DNA of 64,000 bases from the NCBI GenBank assembly GCA_964019425.1, contig OZ025788.1:744001-808000 (forward strand), read 5' to 3'. The DNA comes from Flectonema sp. DT1601 (lineage: Eukaryota). Position 1 is the first letter of the stretch; the number at the start of each line of letters is the position of its first letter. Positions 47,055-59,632 of this stretch are shown here, in pieces. Made by a program: the position numbers and the translations under genes. The notes under the pieces were generated by a model. The model had not been told where the DNA came from and ran no database searches. It was given only the letters and a program-made list of their open reading frames with translations.

Positions 47055-47362
47055 TTTTGTGTCAAAGTTTCTGATGAGTAGAATACTTCTCCAGTTTCGG
47101 TAATCTATTTCCGATAGAACTGTAAAGATGTCGGTTACGACTATAAATCGGTAACTCAACCACTGCAATTATTATCGAAAGAAAAAAAGAGTAGCTTTTT
47201 CAAAAACTTCTCAAGGCTTGCATATTTAATGAAAATAAAATAGTAAAAGGTTCACAAGCAGTTCAGCAACACGTGTTACCAATACAGAGTCTACTCTGGT
47301 GGACGTGAATACTATCTTCTGTTGTCGTTGGAGTTTACATCTGCTGGCAGTTTCTATAGTGC

Positions 47363-48376
47363 TCATATCCCGATTTCTTCTCGGGTTAGTGGTGGGTTGC
47401 AAGCACCTAATCTCGTTACAGTAATACCACCTGCCTTATTGCCAGCAGTCATAGCACTGGTAAGCCGACTGTTGAGATCGCTTTCACTGTCTTTGTTGAG
47501 AATCCAGCTACAGAGAAAACCAGCATCGAAACCATCACCTGCACCAGTTGGATCCCTGACGGTGACTGATGACTGAGGGGATACTGCTAATTCAGTTGTA
47601 TTGCAACCAGCTTTACCAACTTTAACAACAACCAGAACTGAAGGAAAAGCATCAGTCAGAATCTTACTAAGCACAGTACCCGAAGACTCACCCTCACGTA
47701 TGTCAGGTTTAATTTCGTTGTACTTTATTATATTGGTGGCTTCGATCTCATTTGGTAAGAACATGTCCATTTCTTTTAATAAGATTTTTAGATTGCCATT
47801 CTCTCCGACCCAATTTTTTGCGGCATCAAATTGCGTATCAAGGGAAAAAGTGATACCAGTTTTCTTCAACTCTCTAACAAGTGAAATGAATTCAGATGTT
47901 TGTAAGAAATTACAATTAAAATATCCATGGATGTGGATGTGCGAACAAGACCGCAAGACTGCGAGAGCTTCCGGGTCCTTCAAAGGCGAGTAGGAATCAT
48001 TAGCAGCATTCGAAGAGATAAAAGCTCTGTCTTGCTGACCAGACAGGACTATACACAGACCGGTAGAGCATTTTTGACATACTTGTGCCGGAGATTCACC
48101 ATTGTTTGCCCACTTAAGCAATCCATCTGCAGCCATAGTTGATAAACTGATGGCTCCGATATCATCATCTCCAACAGCTCCAATAAAAGCGACATCAACA
48201 TCACTTTCATTACGAAGTATTGTTCCGCAATGTCTTGCAGTGTTACATGCACTGCCTCCTAAACTGGTGCTCATCTCGTCAACAGCTCGATCTTCTCCCC
48301 ATCCAGGAAGTGACTTCAGACCACACGCACTGATGTCATAATACAGGTCTCCAATAATACAAATTCTCTTTTTCAT
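47363..48376 (-). CDS. PfkB/ribokinase-family carbohydrate kinase, ~337 aa
   Basis: GGSACNTA, GAVGDDDIG, FLPNEIEA, VVVKVGKAG and the PfkB signature DPTGAGDGFDAGF. Confidence 0.92.
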   Translation of the reverse strand: MKKRICIIGDLYYDISACGLKSLPGWGEDRAVDEMSTSLGGSACNTARHCGTILRNESDVDVAFIGAVGDDDIGAISLSTMAADGLLKWANNGESPAQVCQKCSTGLCIVLSGQQDRAFISSNAANDSYSPLKDPEALAVLRSCSHIHIHGYFNCNFLQTSEFISLVRELKKTGITFSLDTQFDAAKNWVGENGNLKILLKEMDMFLPNEIEATNIIKYNEIKPDIREGESSGTVLSKILTDAFPSVLVVVKVGKAGCNTTELAVSPQSSVTVRDPTGAGDGFDAGFLCSWILNKDSESDLNSRLTSAMTAGNKAGGITVTRLGACNPPLTREEIGI

Positions 48377-49355
48377 AATCTTAAAAACCCTACTTGAGAT
48401 ATATTTGATTAACACACAAAAGAGTCGAGTGAGTACTCATTACTCACTTTGGATTACAGCTACAGTAGAATTCCACAAACAGGTAAGTTATCGAACGTTC
48501 GTATGAGTGTTTCTTGGTTAAAAAAGAAATATGATGATTGTGAACACAGAACAATGAAAATATAGACTCCTCTCCATCCAGTGACACAGAAGTCAAAAAC
48601 TACCGCCGAATGTGGCAGTAGCGTGCAGTAAGCACATTAAATAAGAGACCCACAGAGAGGAAATAAAAGGCACTTGCAAACCAAGTATTTGGTAATTGCC
48701 TCTCGCATATCAAAACCTAACAACGGAAGAGAAATTTGTGATTTGTTTCTCACGCGTCATCTCAGGTTCTAGAATTAGAATAACAAAACAAAATTTTTTT
48801 AAACGGGTAAAAGGACAATCAGAAAGTTAAGTCACCATCTGATACCAGTCATCTCAGCGAAAGTAAATTCGCTTGAGTGCCAACACCATTTGTCTGATTG
48901 AAAACAGAAATATTTGGATGGCTCCTCCCAACAGATAAAGAAAACAGCTCTCATGATGAAGCAGAATGGGTTGGGCTAGTAGGGTACCTGTTTCATGTTC
49001 ACAACGGAAAAGCAAATAACGAAAACTTAGGAAAAACGAAAAAAATCTGTAAGAAGAAACCAAGTAAAAGTTATATTTACATCGGGGTGATAATAATTTT
49101 TTTCTTTGTCGAACAATTCGAATAAAAAAGATTCACAAATAGAACTGTGCGACTCGTTCGTAAGACGCAGATCTCACAAACAAGCAACCCACTCGAAAAG
49201 TAAATACATAAATCGATTGATTCTCTCTCAAAGTAAATGTTCGAAGGCGTGCTGTTAACAAGAGTACGAGTTAGACAAACAGGATTTCGGTTAGATTCCA
49301 CAATTCGATTCGATTAAAGGACAAGAACTAAACAAAAAGAAATTCCTCAGAGACA

Positions 49356-52300
49356 CTACCACTCTCCGTACTTTGGTTCTTTGAAATTCGGTGTCAACTC
49401 TTCCTGTTGATCATTTTCAAATGAAATCTCTGGGTCTACACCTTGAAGAAAGCTTCCCAGTCTGGCTGCTGGTGTTTTCTGAAAACACAATAACTTTATA
49501 ACAATAGCAGCAATAATAACAACGATAATACAAGCCAAGAGAATAACAACCCACGTCAGGTTTCCATCATCATCTGAAGCAGCAGCAGCTTGTAAGTTGT
49601 TGCTGGAGTTCGTTGGGCTAACAGTTCCAGGAACTGGAGTTCCCGAAACAGAAGGAGGTGTTGGTGTTCTAGGACCAGAAGGAGGTCTTGGAGTTGGTGG
49701 TAATGTTATTGGTCTAATAACACAAATAGAGTAACCAGTTGGACTAACATCACAATCTTCTAGAGGACCACATGTAATTCCTTCACAACTTGTAACACAA
49801 TTATAATCATTAATCGATTCTGTTATGTATCTACAAACTGTTCTTTCTGGACATATCCCACAATGATCATCTGGTGATAATGTTACCCCAGGTGGTGGTG
49901 GTACTGGTGTAAATGGTACATCTGTTGGCAGGGCTGTGGGAGGTGCCTGGGATGGAGCTGTTTGTGAATAGATTGCATTCAACTAACAATTATGAAATAG
50001 TAATAAAATAATAAAACATACCTAAACAACCATTGACCTCAAACACACCATTACTAAAAGGACAAACAAGTGTCGGTGTAATACTTCCTGATTGATAGTA
50101 ACCATCAGAACACGAGATGGTACCACACTGCTCTGTTCTCGTACAAGAAGGAATGCTTGCTGTAAAACCACTACCAGGGATAACTAACGGTGAGAGACAT
50201 GTGTTTGCTGTTTGGATTGTTTTAATGATTGAAAATAACTATTTCCAAAGTGCTGCTAAATAAGAATATCATTACATACAATCACATCCAGTAAGTTTGA
50301 AATCCCCTCCCTGAACAGGACAAGAAATAGAAGGAGTCCCACTAGCAGTGTAACCTCGAGCACATGTAATCTGACCACAGGATGTTGCTGTAGTACAGTT
50401 TGGATTCATTGTTGCGAAGGGTTGTACAGCAGACAAGTCTTGAGGTTGACAGATGTTCTCTTTGCAATTCACTCCAATTAGTGCACCACCTTCAGTTGGA
50501 CAAACAACTGAAGGAGTGCCACTACTACTATATCCTGTACTGCATTGAACTGTTCCACAACTACTTACAGATGTGCATTGATCTCCTATCGTAGTGTATC
50601 CTATTAATACTGTTGGTACACATGTATTCTCAATACAACCATTTCCTGTAAACAACCCACCGTGAGTCACACACATTAACTCTGCTTTTGTATCAACATG
50701 ATAACCTGCTGCACATATAACAGGAGAGCATCCTGACGCTGTCGTACATGTTGGTCCTCCACCGGAAATGTATTCAGGCAGCTGTCCAGCAGTTATTGAC
50801 TGACAGATGTTTTCTGTTTTTTTTTTTTTTTTTGATAAGTTCGATGACAATCAAATAACACTATGAGTTGGTTTCCTCCCTCAAGTGTGAAGTTCTAATC
50901 AACTTTTGTGGCGGCAATTCATCACCGAATATTACGTCTGTTTACAATTAACAAAATCAAATAATTATAAAAGTATACCTTCACAACATATCGCAGCAGT
51001 GCAATTCGTACATATCGGAGAAGTAGAGACTTTGTGAGAACCAACAGGGCAGGTTACACTCGCACAAGAAGTTGATATGCAGCAAACATTCGAATCACAA
51101 GATGCGATTGAATTATTCGCACAAGTAATGTTTGCAGCGTTCGGTGAAGGAGAAAACGCATTTTGCTGACAAATAGTATACAGCGGGTTTGCACAGTTAG
51201 CAAAACAGCAGGTTTCATCATCACAACCTCCTACTTGACACTGAATAGATCTTTGTAAGGTGTAACCAGATGATGGGCAACTGTATCCGGTACAAGTTTC
51301 TAGTTGGGAATTAGATTTTATTTTTTAATGTTGTATGAGTAAATGAGAATAAACCAATAGTAATAAATATTAAAACATACGTCTACAACAAGTACTTGAG
51401 TCACAGTCTACAGCAGGGTTTCCCGAAACACCAGTACAAGCCGTTGTATTATATTGGTCAACTAAGAAAAGACCAACTGATGAATCGCAACCTCCAAATG
51501 ATTGATGTGCGCAGGTAGCTTCACACTCGTGATCCCAACTGGAAGTGCTGGTGTTGAAAACAGTAACGCCTCCGACTTCTATTTGGTATCCAATATTACA
51601 ATTACAAAGACCTAATGGAGAAGCATTCATTGGACAACTAACTGGAGAACAAGGATCAGCTACAATGAATACTCCTCCTAAAGTAGGACATGATAGAACT
51701 GGAGACCCATCATATCCATCACCACAACTAACAGTTCCACATCCACTAACAGAATTACAAAGACTACCACTAATCCCACTAAAGATATGTCCAGGGAATG
51801 AAGTTCTTGGTTGAATGCAGGTATTCTCACGGCAGGTAATCTTTTCAGCAGGTGGAACAGAGTTTGGAGCTCCTTGCTGACACTCTAAAAGGCCATCAGC
51901 TCCATTGAACCCGTCATCACAAGATAACGTACAGCTATTAGTGGTAACTGCTTTTAATTGAACTCCTGGAATACATCCATTTACTTGACCAGATATAATC
52001 CCTGTTCCAAATCCAGAATATGGACTGCAAACTTTTTCATTGCATTGTAGTGGCGTTTGACTTAGGCGGGTGTTGTAGTCACAGGTTACGTTTGCTGTGG
52101 TTTCCATGTAACCAGATGAGCACTTTACAGTACATCGAGGTTTATCATAAGTTAGACTTTCATTATTTAAACATCCATTTATATCACCAGGAATAGCGAA
52201 TGAAGGAAACACAAAGGGAGAACATGGTATTGGATCACATCCACCTTCGAAGTGTGTTCCATTGTAGGTAATCGTTCCTTCATAACCACTTGAACAAGCA

Positions 52301-53232
52301 CACTGACCAACCTGAACAGAATTACTATTTCGAGGACACGTCACTGGCATGCATTGCGTTATTGTTGAGACAAGACTCTGTGATGATAAGTCTTGTGGAG
52401 ATCCGCATTGGTACTTCCCAGTTTGAAATTGATATCCAGCTGACTGATCACATTGAATATCACAACTATTATCACTTAACACACTCAGGATAATATTTGA
52501 ATTAGGACACTGATCATTATTAGTAGGATAACCAACAACACCAACAATAGGAATGGTAACTACGGTGGTACAAATGTTTTCAGAGCAAGTCGCTGTTATT
52601 AAAGCTGCTGTCTGCGATGATGGACATGTCACAGAGTTTGGAAACACTCCACAACTATAACCTGGAGTCTCAGTTAATGCGCATGTCGGACTGTAGTCAC
52701 CAACTGCGATTGAAGAAGAACTACAATTCTCACCCAAAGGTCCAGGTGTCAGTGTTGTGATGGTCATTCCTAAAGGAGTTCCTAATAAACAATTTGATTG
52801 GCAACTAAGTGGAGGATCTACTGCACCAGAAGGGCAAGAACTACTACAAGGATGCTGTGAACAACTTGATAATTGCGGACAACTATACAAACCTGTCTCT
52901 CCATAAAAATGTGTTGAGACGGCAACAGCAGTACCGGAGTTGCTTCCGCAAGGGATTGGCGTCAGTGTTGCGTTTACTGGATTGTATGTGAAAACACCCC
53001 CAACTCCACAAGTTGCTGTCAACGAATTCTCATAACCTTCATCAGTGACAGTACAAACTCCATTATCAGCAACAATTTGTTGTGCGACACAGTTCACACC
53101 CGTCACGTTTATACTTCCTAAGGTCAAACCCGTAAATCTGTTGCTTCCAAGCATTATTGATAATGTATTAAATGCACATTGACTAGAGCATTCTACTAAC
53201 AATAAAACAACAACTGCCACTCGTAGTAACAT
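49356..53232 (-). CDS. 5-exon Cys-rich type I surface protein, 1164 aa (exons 53232-51381, 51299-50979, 50813-50280, 50207-50022, 49957-49356)
   Basis: Four GT-AG introns give a continuous 3495-nt frame: signal peptide, repeated C..CG.V.C..GY...C..GG.F..GC and C...CC modules, a Pro/Thr stalk, TM WVVILLACIIVVIIAAIVI and a short tail. Confidence 0.85.
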
Positions 53233-53477
53233 AACAGGTCAACAGGTCTTTGGTGACCATCTGTGGGATGGTACAAATAGTTTTATTGAAATCAATATAA
53301 AAATAAATAATAAATAACTCAAACAATCAATTACAATAATAAAAACTAAACGAAGGAACGTAACGTGGGTTGGAGATCTCCAATTCTCCTAACAGATTAT
53401 CTAAGCTAAGTGTACAGTGACAATGGTTTATTTATTTTATTTAACTCACTGTTGTTGATAATATGACTACACTATTT

Positions 53478-54473
53478 TTATTTACCAAACGCTTCTCCAT
53501 GATACGATTGCTGCTTTGTCAGGAGCTTCAACGCGGCGCGTGTCATTGTGAGTGCTCTATTTTGTTTGCTTTCAGAAGTTTTGATGATTTGTCTGGCAAT
53601 TGACTCTTTTTCACAGAGAGATGCAGACTTAGATATATAATGAATCTTTTCACCATTGCGGGTTGCATGACGAACCACAACCGCGTTCACCGCAATTCGA
53701 AGATTGAATTGAGAAATCATTAAATTGAACGCAGCCATCTGATCTTCACAAACATCATCTCGGCAAACAGACTCCCTAGAGGGTAGCTTTGTTAACTCCA
53801 ACTGACGTTTAAGAGAGCGAGACTTAGAAGGAAATCCCATCCATGTAATTAACACTCGAGTCATGAGGATGGTGTTTGCTTGACTTTCAAGTGTGTTTAC
53901 TTTAAAATATTGAACATCTTTATTTGTACAGGTTGAGACATATTTCTTTATTTGTGATAATAGCAAGTCACGATTACTACTACTGTTGTCGTTGAGAACG
54001 TGTATTAGAAGAGCAAGACCGCATTTTTGTAATTTTTCATCTACGTGTCCATTTGTTGATGATTTCAAGACATTTTTTATAATGTTTGACAACGCGATAT
54101 TGACATCTGGATACTGACTTCCGTAATCCCGGATTGCCAAAACAAGACAACACTCGGCATAGACTTGCCCTAACGTTACATCATGAAGAGCACTAAAGAA
54201 CTGCCTTTGCACAACCATATCTCCTATTTCAGAGAATCGGTGTGCAAGTTGAACATATTTTACTGCCGCTAAGTCGCTGCTTCCTTGGTACGTAAGCTCT
54301 TCAAGTTGCCGATATAAATAGTTTGCTTTATTATCTTGTGATGCTCCATTCCTAATATCTTCTGCTTGCAGTGCTGGAACAGGAAGTGTTATTTCTTCTA
54401 CTTTAATAGTTCTTCTTCCACAACTATCCCAGTCGCCAATCCCTCGCAACATCTCCCTCATCCAGTCTTTCAT
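53478..54473 (-). CDS. Hypothetical helical protein, 331 aa
   Basis: Long ORF on the coding strand; no motif recognised. Confidence 0.7.
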   Translation of the reverse strand: MKDWMREMLRGIGDWDSCGRRTIKVEEITLPVPALQAEDIRNGASQDNKANYLYRQLEELTYQGSSDLAAVKYVQLAHRFSEIGDMVVQRQFFSALHDVTLGQVYAECCLVLAIRDYGSQYPDVNIALSNIIKNVLKSSTNGHVDEKLQKCGLALLIHVLNDNSSSNRDLLLSQIKKYVSTCTNKDVQYFKVNTLESQANTILMTRVLITWMGFPSKSRSLKRQLELTKLPSRESVCRDDVCEDQMAAFNLMISQFNLRIAVNAVVVRHATRNGEKIHYISKSASLCEKESIARQIIKTSESKQNRALTMTRAALKLLTKQQSYHGEAFGK

Positions 54474-57400
54474 CAGCTGGGATCATAGTCGTACATTGTT
54501 AGGCTGGTGTTATAACATGAATTCTTATTTTTATGCACGTTTTGTCTCTCCTTACTTGAATATTACGCAGCAATTGTAATGTTATTTAAAGTTAAATTAG
54601 ATTTAAGAACAAATGCAGTACTTGATCTAAGTAAAAAAATAATTACACACAATAAAAATAAAATAAAAAAGAATCGGCAAACTTCACTTCTTACTTTCTA
54701 CTCACACTTTTATTTTGTTTTGTGCGCGAGTGGTCTAAAATGACCACTCATTTAAATCCTAATAAATGAATAGGTTAGTTACGTTGCCACAATTCTCTTT
54801 CTACCGAACAGTGGGTCTGTAGGTATTAAAAAAAAAAAAAAAAAAAAAAAAAAGAAAGAAAAGTTTTAAACCATGGGATAAAGAACAGGATAACTTAACT
54901 AGACACCTGAAAAGAAATGTTTGGAGTTTGCTGTGGTCTGGACTACCGCGGAAGTTGTACTAAAAACAATTCGATCTCGATAGGTAATATTCACTATACT
55001 ACTCAAGTATTAATTTGTTGCTCATCCAAGAAAGGCATCAAAGAACATGTTAGGAAACCAAAAAATGTTTAAATAAAAAACGAAGCTTCACGCTGCCCAT
55101 CACATTGAGGATGTTCACTACTTTTTTTGATGATACCTTAGGTGACCAGATCGATCAACTGCTGTGTATTTTTATTTTACTGCAGCAGTTGTTTCTCGTT
55201 TACAAAGAATGTGACAGAACAGAAACTCAAAAAAACAAAAAAAAAAAAATACATAAAAATATAAAAAACACTGAAACATAGCAGTCTGACTTAACAAATA
55301 ATAAAAGTCCAACCAATGAGTTGACAAACAACAAAGAAAAATATCAAATGGAAACGTCGTTGGGGTTTTGGTGGGATTTTTCCACCAAAATCAAGTGCAG
55401 CTTCCCAACAGAGAGTGAACATAACTTCGAGGCAGTCATGAACACACAATCCCTATAGGAAACGCAAATATGACCTGACTTTTTATCGCAACAGTGAAAT
55501 AGTTAGAATATGAGTTTATAGTTAGAAATGTTAGAATTGGAGATCTGGAAACATTCTTAGTCGGAAATGATGACCAGAAGGCATTCCACGGAGATACAAT
55601 ACGCTGTTGGGTAATAGATCCACCTGATTCACTCGCTTAGCATTTAGTACTATTATCGAAGCTAAGGAAGCTGAACTTTAGGAAAAGCTCACAAGGTAAC
55701 TAACCAACATAATAACCTGAAGAAAATAGTCCCTCAGGTCGGAAATTAGTTAGTGAGTCCAACAGCCACCGAATACCAGGTTAGGTAGAAACTCAAAGAG
55801 AAAGCTCTTCGAGGGATCTCCAATATTGCGGTAGCAGATTGAACTTAATCCCTAGAGGATTATTTTATTAGTTTTTCCACGAGACGTAATAGATCAAGAG
55901 ACGGAGCATAATCTGTGAACCTCAATGCTTCTGCCTCGTCCAGTGCACTAGCAGGAGAGAAAACTGAAGTAAAGAAAGAACTACATAAATAAGAATGAAA
56001 AATGAAATCGAATAAAATAAATGAATTGAGAGTATGCTTAAATACCGGGTTAGCGAGGGGGGTTTCCTGCTATTCCTTTTTTTTTTTTTTTTTTCCAAAA
56101 CAAAACCGCGATAGAAAGAACAGAAACTGCAAACAGCAGGGGAATTAATAAAAAAAATAAAAATAAAAAAACAAGAAACGAATGTAAAAACATTTACATC
56201 TGCGACCTGAAATATTTTCTCGATTTTTATTAAACTTAACATGGATAAATAAAGAAGTAGAATAACGGGAACAAAGAGACAGTAACACACCACAACCCTC
56301 CTGATGTCCAAATTAAGAAAATCCGACAAAGGAATACTGTAATTATAACAAATCAAATATACACAAGAGTATTTGACTTGGTATAAAATTGCGCGCGTGC
56401 AGAGTACCAAAACTGAAAGATTGGTCTTCGCAAAACTACGAAGATAATCAACTGACATCTGAGGACAACAACTCACTAAGTACATAACACAGTAGCGAAG
56501 GAATGAATAACACAACATTGTCAGAAAATATAAAATAGAATTGAAGTTCAGTCAGTTGGACTGCTTTGCGATGACAAGGAAAGTAAGTTACCGAGCTAAA
56601 ACCAAAAAAAAGAAACAGGGGAAGAGTAAAACATCAAAATACTTGCAGTTGCTAATCAAAGAAAAGGTACATTAAATGATACGATAATTCGCTGACCACA
56701 AACTATCGGGTTGAGCAATCCATGCTCTGTAGTCCGTGTCGGGGAGTAAACTTGATACCGATATAAAATATGGGAATGGGTAAAGTTGTACCTGAATAGC
56801 TAAATCCATGGCATAATTCAAAACACCGGCCTTCAATTCTCCAAGCAATAAACTGATAATTTCTGAATCCAGTTATTACTTTATTTTGCTTAATTAACAA
56901 AAACCCATCGGGATAGTTAGTTTGTTATTAAGTAAAGAGTTGCTGCATACCACAACACATTGTCGCTGCCCTCGCTATGAAACATTAGAGCAATAGAAAA
57001 ATATTAAAAAACATGCAACCCAATTACGTAGCACATACTATCAACCTATTAGGACACTTACAGCAATCCAGTCTGTAGTGTTAGTAGTTATATAATCCAA
57101 CGTTAATGTTTTTAATGAGTGCTAGGTAACTCACAGTAACAGAGGATCCCAATCCGTAGCCATATCCGAAGATACAGCAGTGTTCAAAACATGGGAAAAA
57201 TAAATTTCAGAAAAAAAACAAAAGGAGTGATTCATAAAATAAGAGAGTTCCAGAAGAACAGATCTTTCGGCTTCGTTTTGTAAGAAGACAGAAAGAAGTA
57301 TTATTCACTTAATCGAGTGTCGAAGTGCAAAGAGAACCAATCCATACAATGGAAGAACAGTCGCATCCGTCACAGGTGGTGTAGTCAAAAAATCCAACAA

Positions 57401-59632
57401 ACTGATGCATGTGAGGAGTAGTCACTTCAAGTGCACCTTTGGGGAAATCTATCTTACTTCTCGTAACTACGAGACTATAAATATTTATAGTATTCGTAGA
57501 TTAATAGTAATTTGATGAAAAGGAAAAATTTTTCATGGGCGTCTTCTAAACAGTTAAGCAAAGAATCTCAGTCTTCTATATCTCAACAACCCACTCACAT
57601 CAGATGGGTGAGTGTGTCACAACATGGAAGGATATGATCACTAGCCAAATACGATTAGTTTTTATAAGATAGAAACAAGAAAAAAGAAAAACTCAGGAAA
57701 GACCATTCCAAATCCTTAAACTACCCAGGTGGAAGTTATATGCGAAAGCAAAAACAACCAAACCAGCAAACCAGCAAAAAAAAAGAAAATCGCAATATGG
57801 GATTACCAAGATTCAAATCATGTTTCAACTCACACTTTTTATGACTAAGTTAGCCTTCTTTTCACCCAAGCAATTCAACTTCCACACTACACAATGTCAA
57901 CGTCCCACTTCTATGATTTCTGGCCCATGCCAGAGATCACTATTTCATTGGCTTCCATTGGTGCGAAGGGAATATTTAAAAATTCATTCGAAGATGTTGA
58001 GGACTGTGTTTTGCCGTGGTAGTTCTAACGTTACAGCATCATAGGGGACGTCAGCCGTTATATGTCAATGAGAGTCAACGGTTTAAGACTGAGGGGGGAA
58101 CTTGAATTGCCATTCTCAAGGTAGAGTTGAAAAGAAAGTACTCTCACTGTCTGGACGAGTTAGCACAAAAAGATATTATAATTTATTACTCTTTTTTTAA
58201 TTTTTTTTTTTTTTAGAAACAGACCGAGCAATGCATGCGAAAGAGCCTCTTCGATCGAATTCGTACCATTTTTTTTTTTTTTTTTTTTGAAAATTGGCGA
58301 GAAAATTGGTCGCAAAAAAGAATAGTAAAATGATGTTGACCTACTGTTGTAGTAATCGCATACTGTTCGGGGAAGAATTGTTGCCCAATCAAGTCTCACC
58401 CTAGAGATGGTTGTGTGTCAGTGTTAGTTCAGTTCTTATTAAATAAAATGCAACAATTGTTACAAAAAGATAATTTAATTTTTTTTCTATAGAAAAGGGT
58501 AGTCAAACTTCTGGAGAAGTTCACGGAAGAAAAGAAAAGAAAAAAAAGGAAAGGAAAAAAAAACAGAAATAGAAAATGGGGTAACGAGAAGAAGTTTTTT
58601 TTTGTTGCTGTTGCTGTTATCAATTTACAACAGATCGGAAGACGACAACAAAAAAAAAAGAGTTTGAAATTCTGTTTTTTTATGAATCTGAAATTCTCAA
58701 GCAACAACACACAATTTTCATTTCTTTTTCGAATAAAGCAATACCTACTTATAAATACAATCAGAACTATCTCTATATCATTTTCTAGTATGAAAATATC
58801 GTTGTTGAGAAGAAGATTAAAAAACAGAAATAATCCTCAAATATCCACGATAGGGAATACTTCCCAATTCGTAAATGTGCAACCCAATGACGTTCTCAGT
58901 GTTAGTTAGTTAGTTAGTGCAACAAAGGGAACAGCGAGTGAGTGTTTTAAAAAAAAAAAAAAAAAAAAGTGTTTCAATTTCCAGTTAGTAACCGTACGTT
59001 GACGAAAAACAAGGAGTAATGTGAGTAAAAAGCACACAGACATTACCCTACTTTGAAGCACTTTATTTAAGGTAGAAAATGACCTCTGTCCAACACCAAC
59101 TTGCAATCCAAAAGTACAATAAGAATAAAGAGTCTTTTTCGTTTTTTTGGTTCACAGTGAGAATTGAAACAGATGTCCCGAAAAACAACTTTGAAGAGAG
59201 AGAAAAAAAAAAAAGAAATGAACGAACGAAACAATGTCGCTCTTTTTTGCAAAGCGTGTAGCAATTTCGAAGTTAATAACTGAGAAATGTGCACACAAGG
59301 TTAGTCAGCAGTCCCCTTTCACCTCTTCGTAACTACAAAATACCGAGAGCATAATAAATACTTAGAGAGGAAGGAAAACTGCTAACAAACCACCCAACTG
59401 CTAGAAGTTAGGAATTTCTATGGTTTCAATTTGAAGTTAATTAACAACAGGAACAACACTTCAGTTGATTTTAATAAGCAACAGAGCCTTAAAATGAAAA
59501 AACAAAAAGAAACAAAAAAAACAGAATGATAAAAAATTATCTCCGTGACACCAAACTTATGGAAACTGATCAAAAGAGGGAGAATGAAAAAAACTGCTTA
59601 AGAGAGAACGTCTCCCATCATTAGCAGCCGTA

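Noticed and set aside
55564..55630. C/D snoRNA-like signature (gaa-ATGATGA...CTGA-ttc)
   Set aside because: It is antisense to the gene cluster, isolated, has only a 3-bp stem and has no recognisable rRNA guide. A snoscan hit would be needed.
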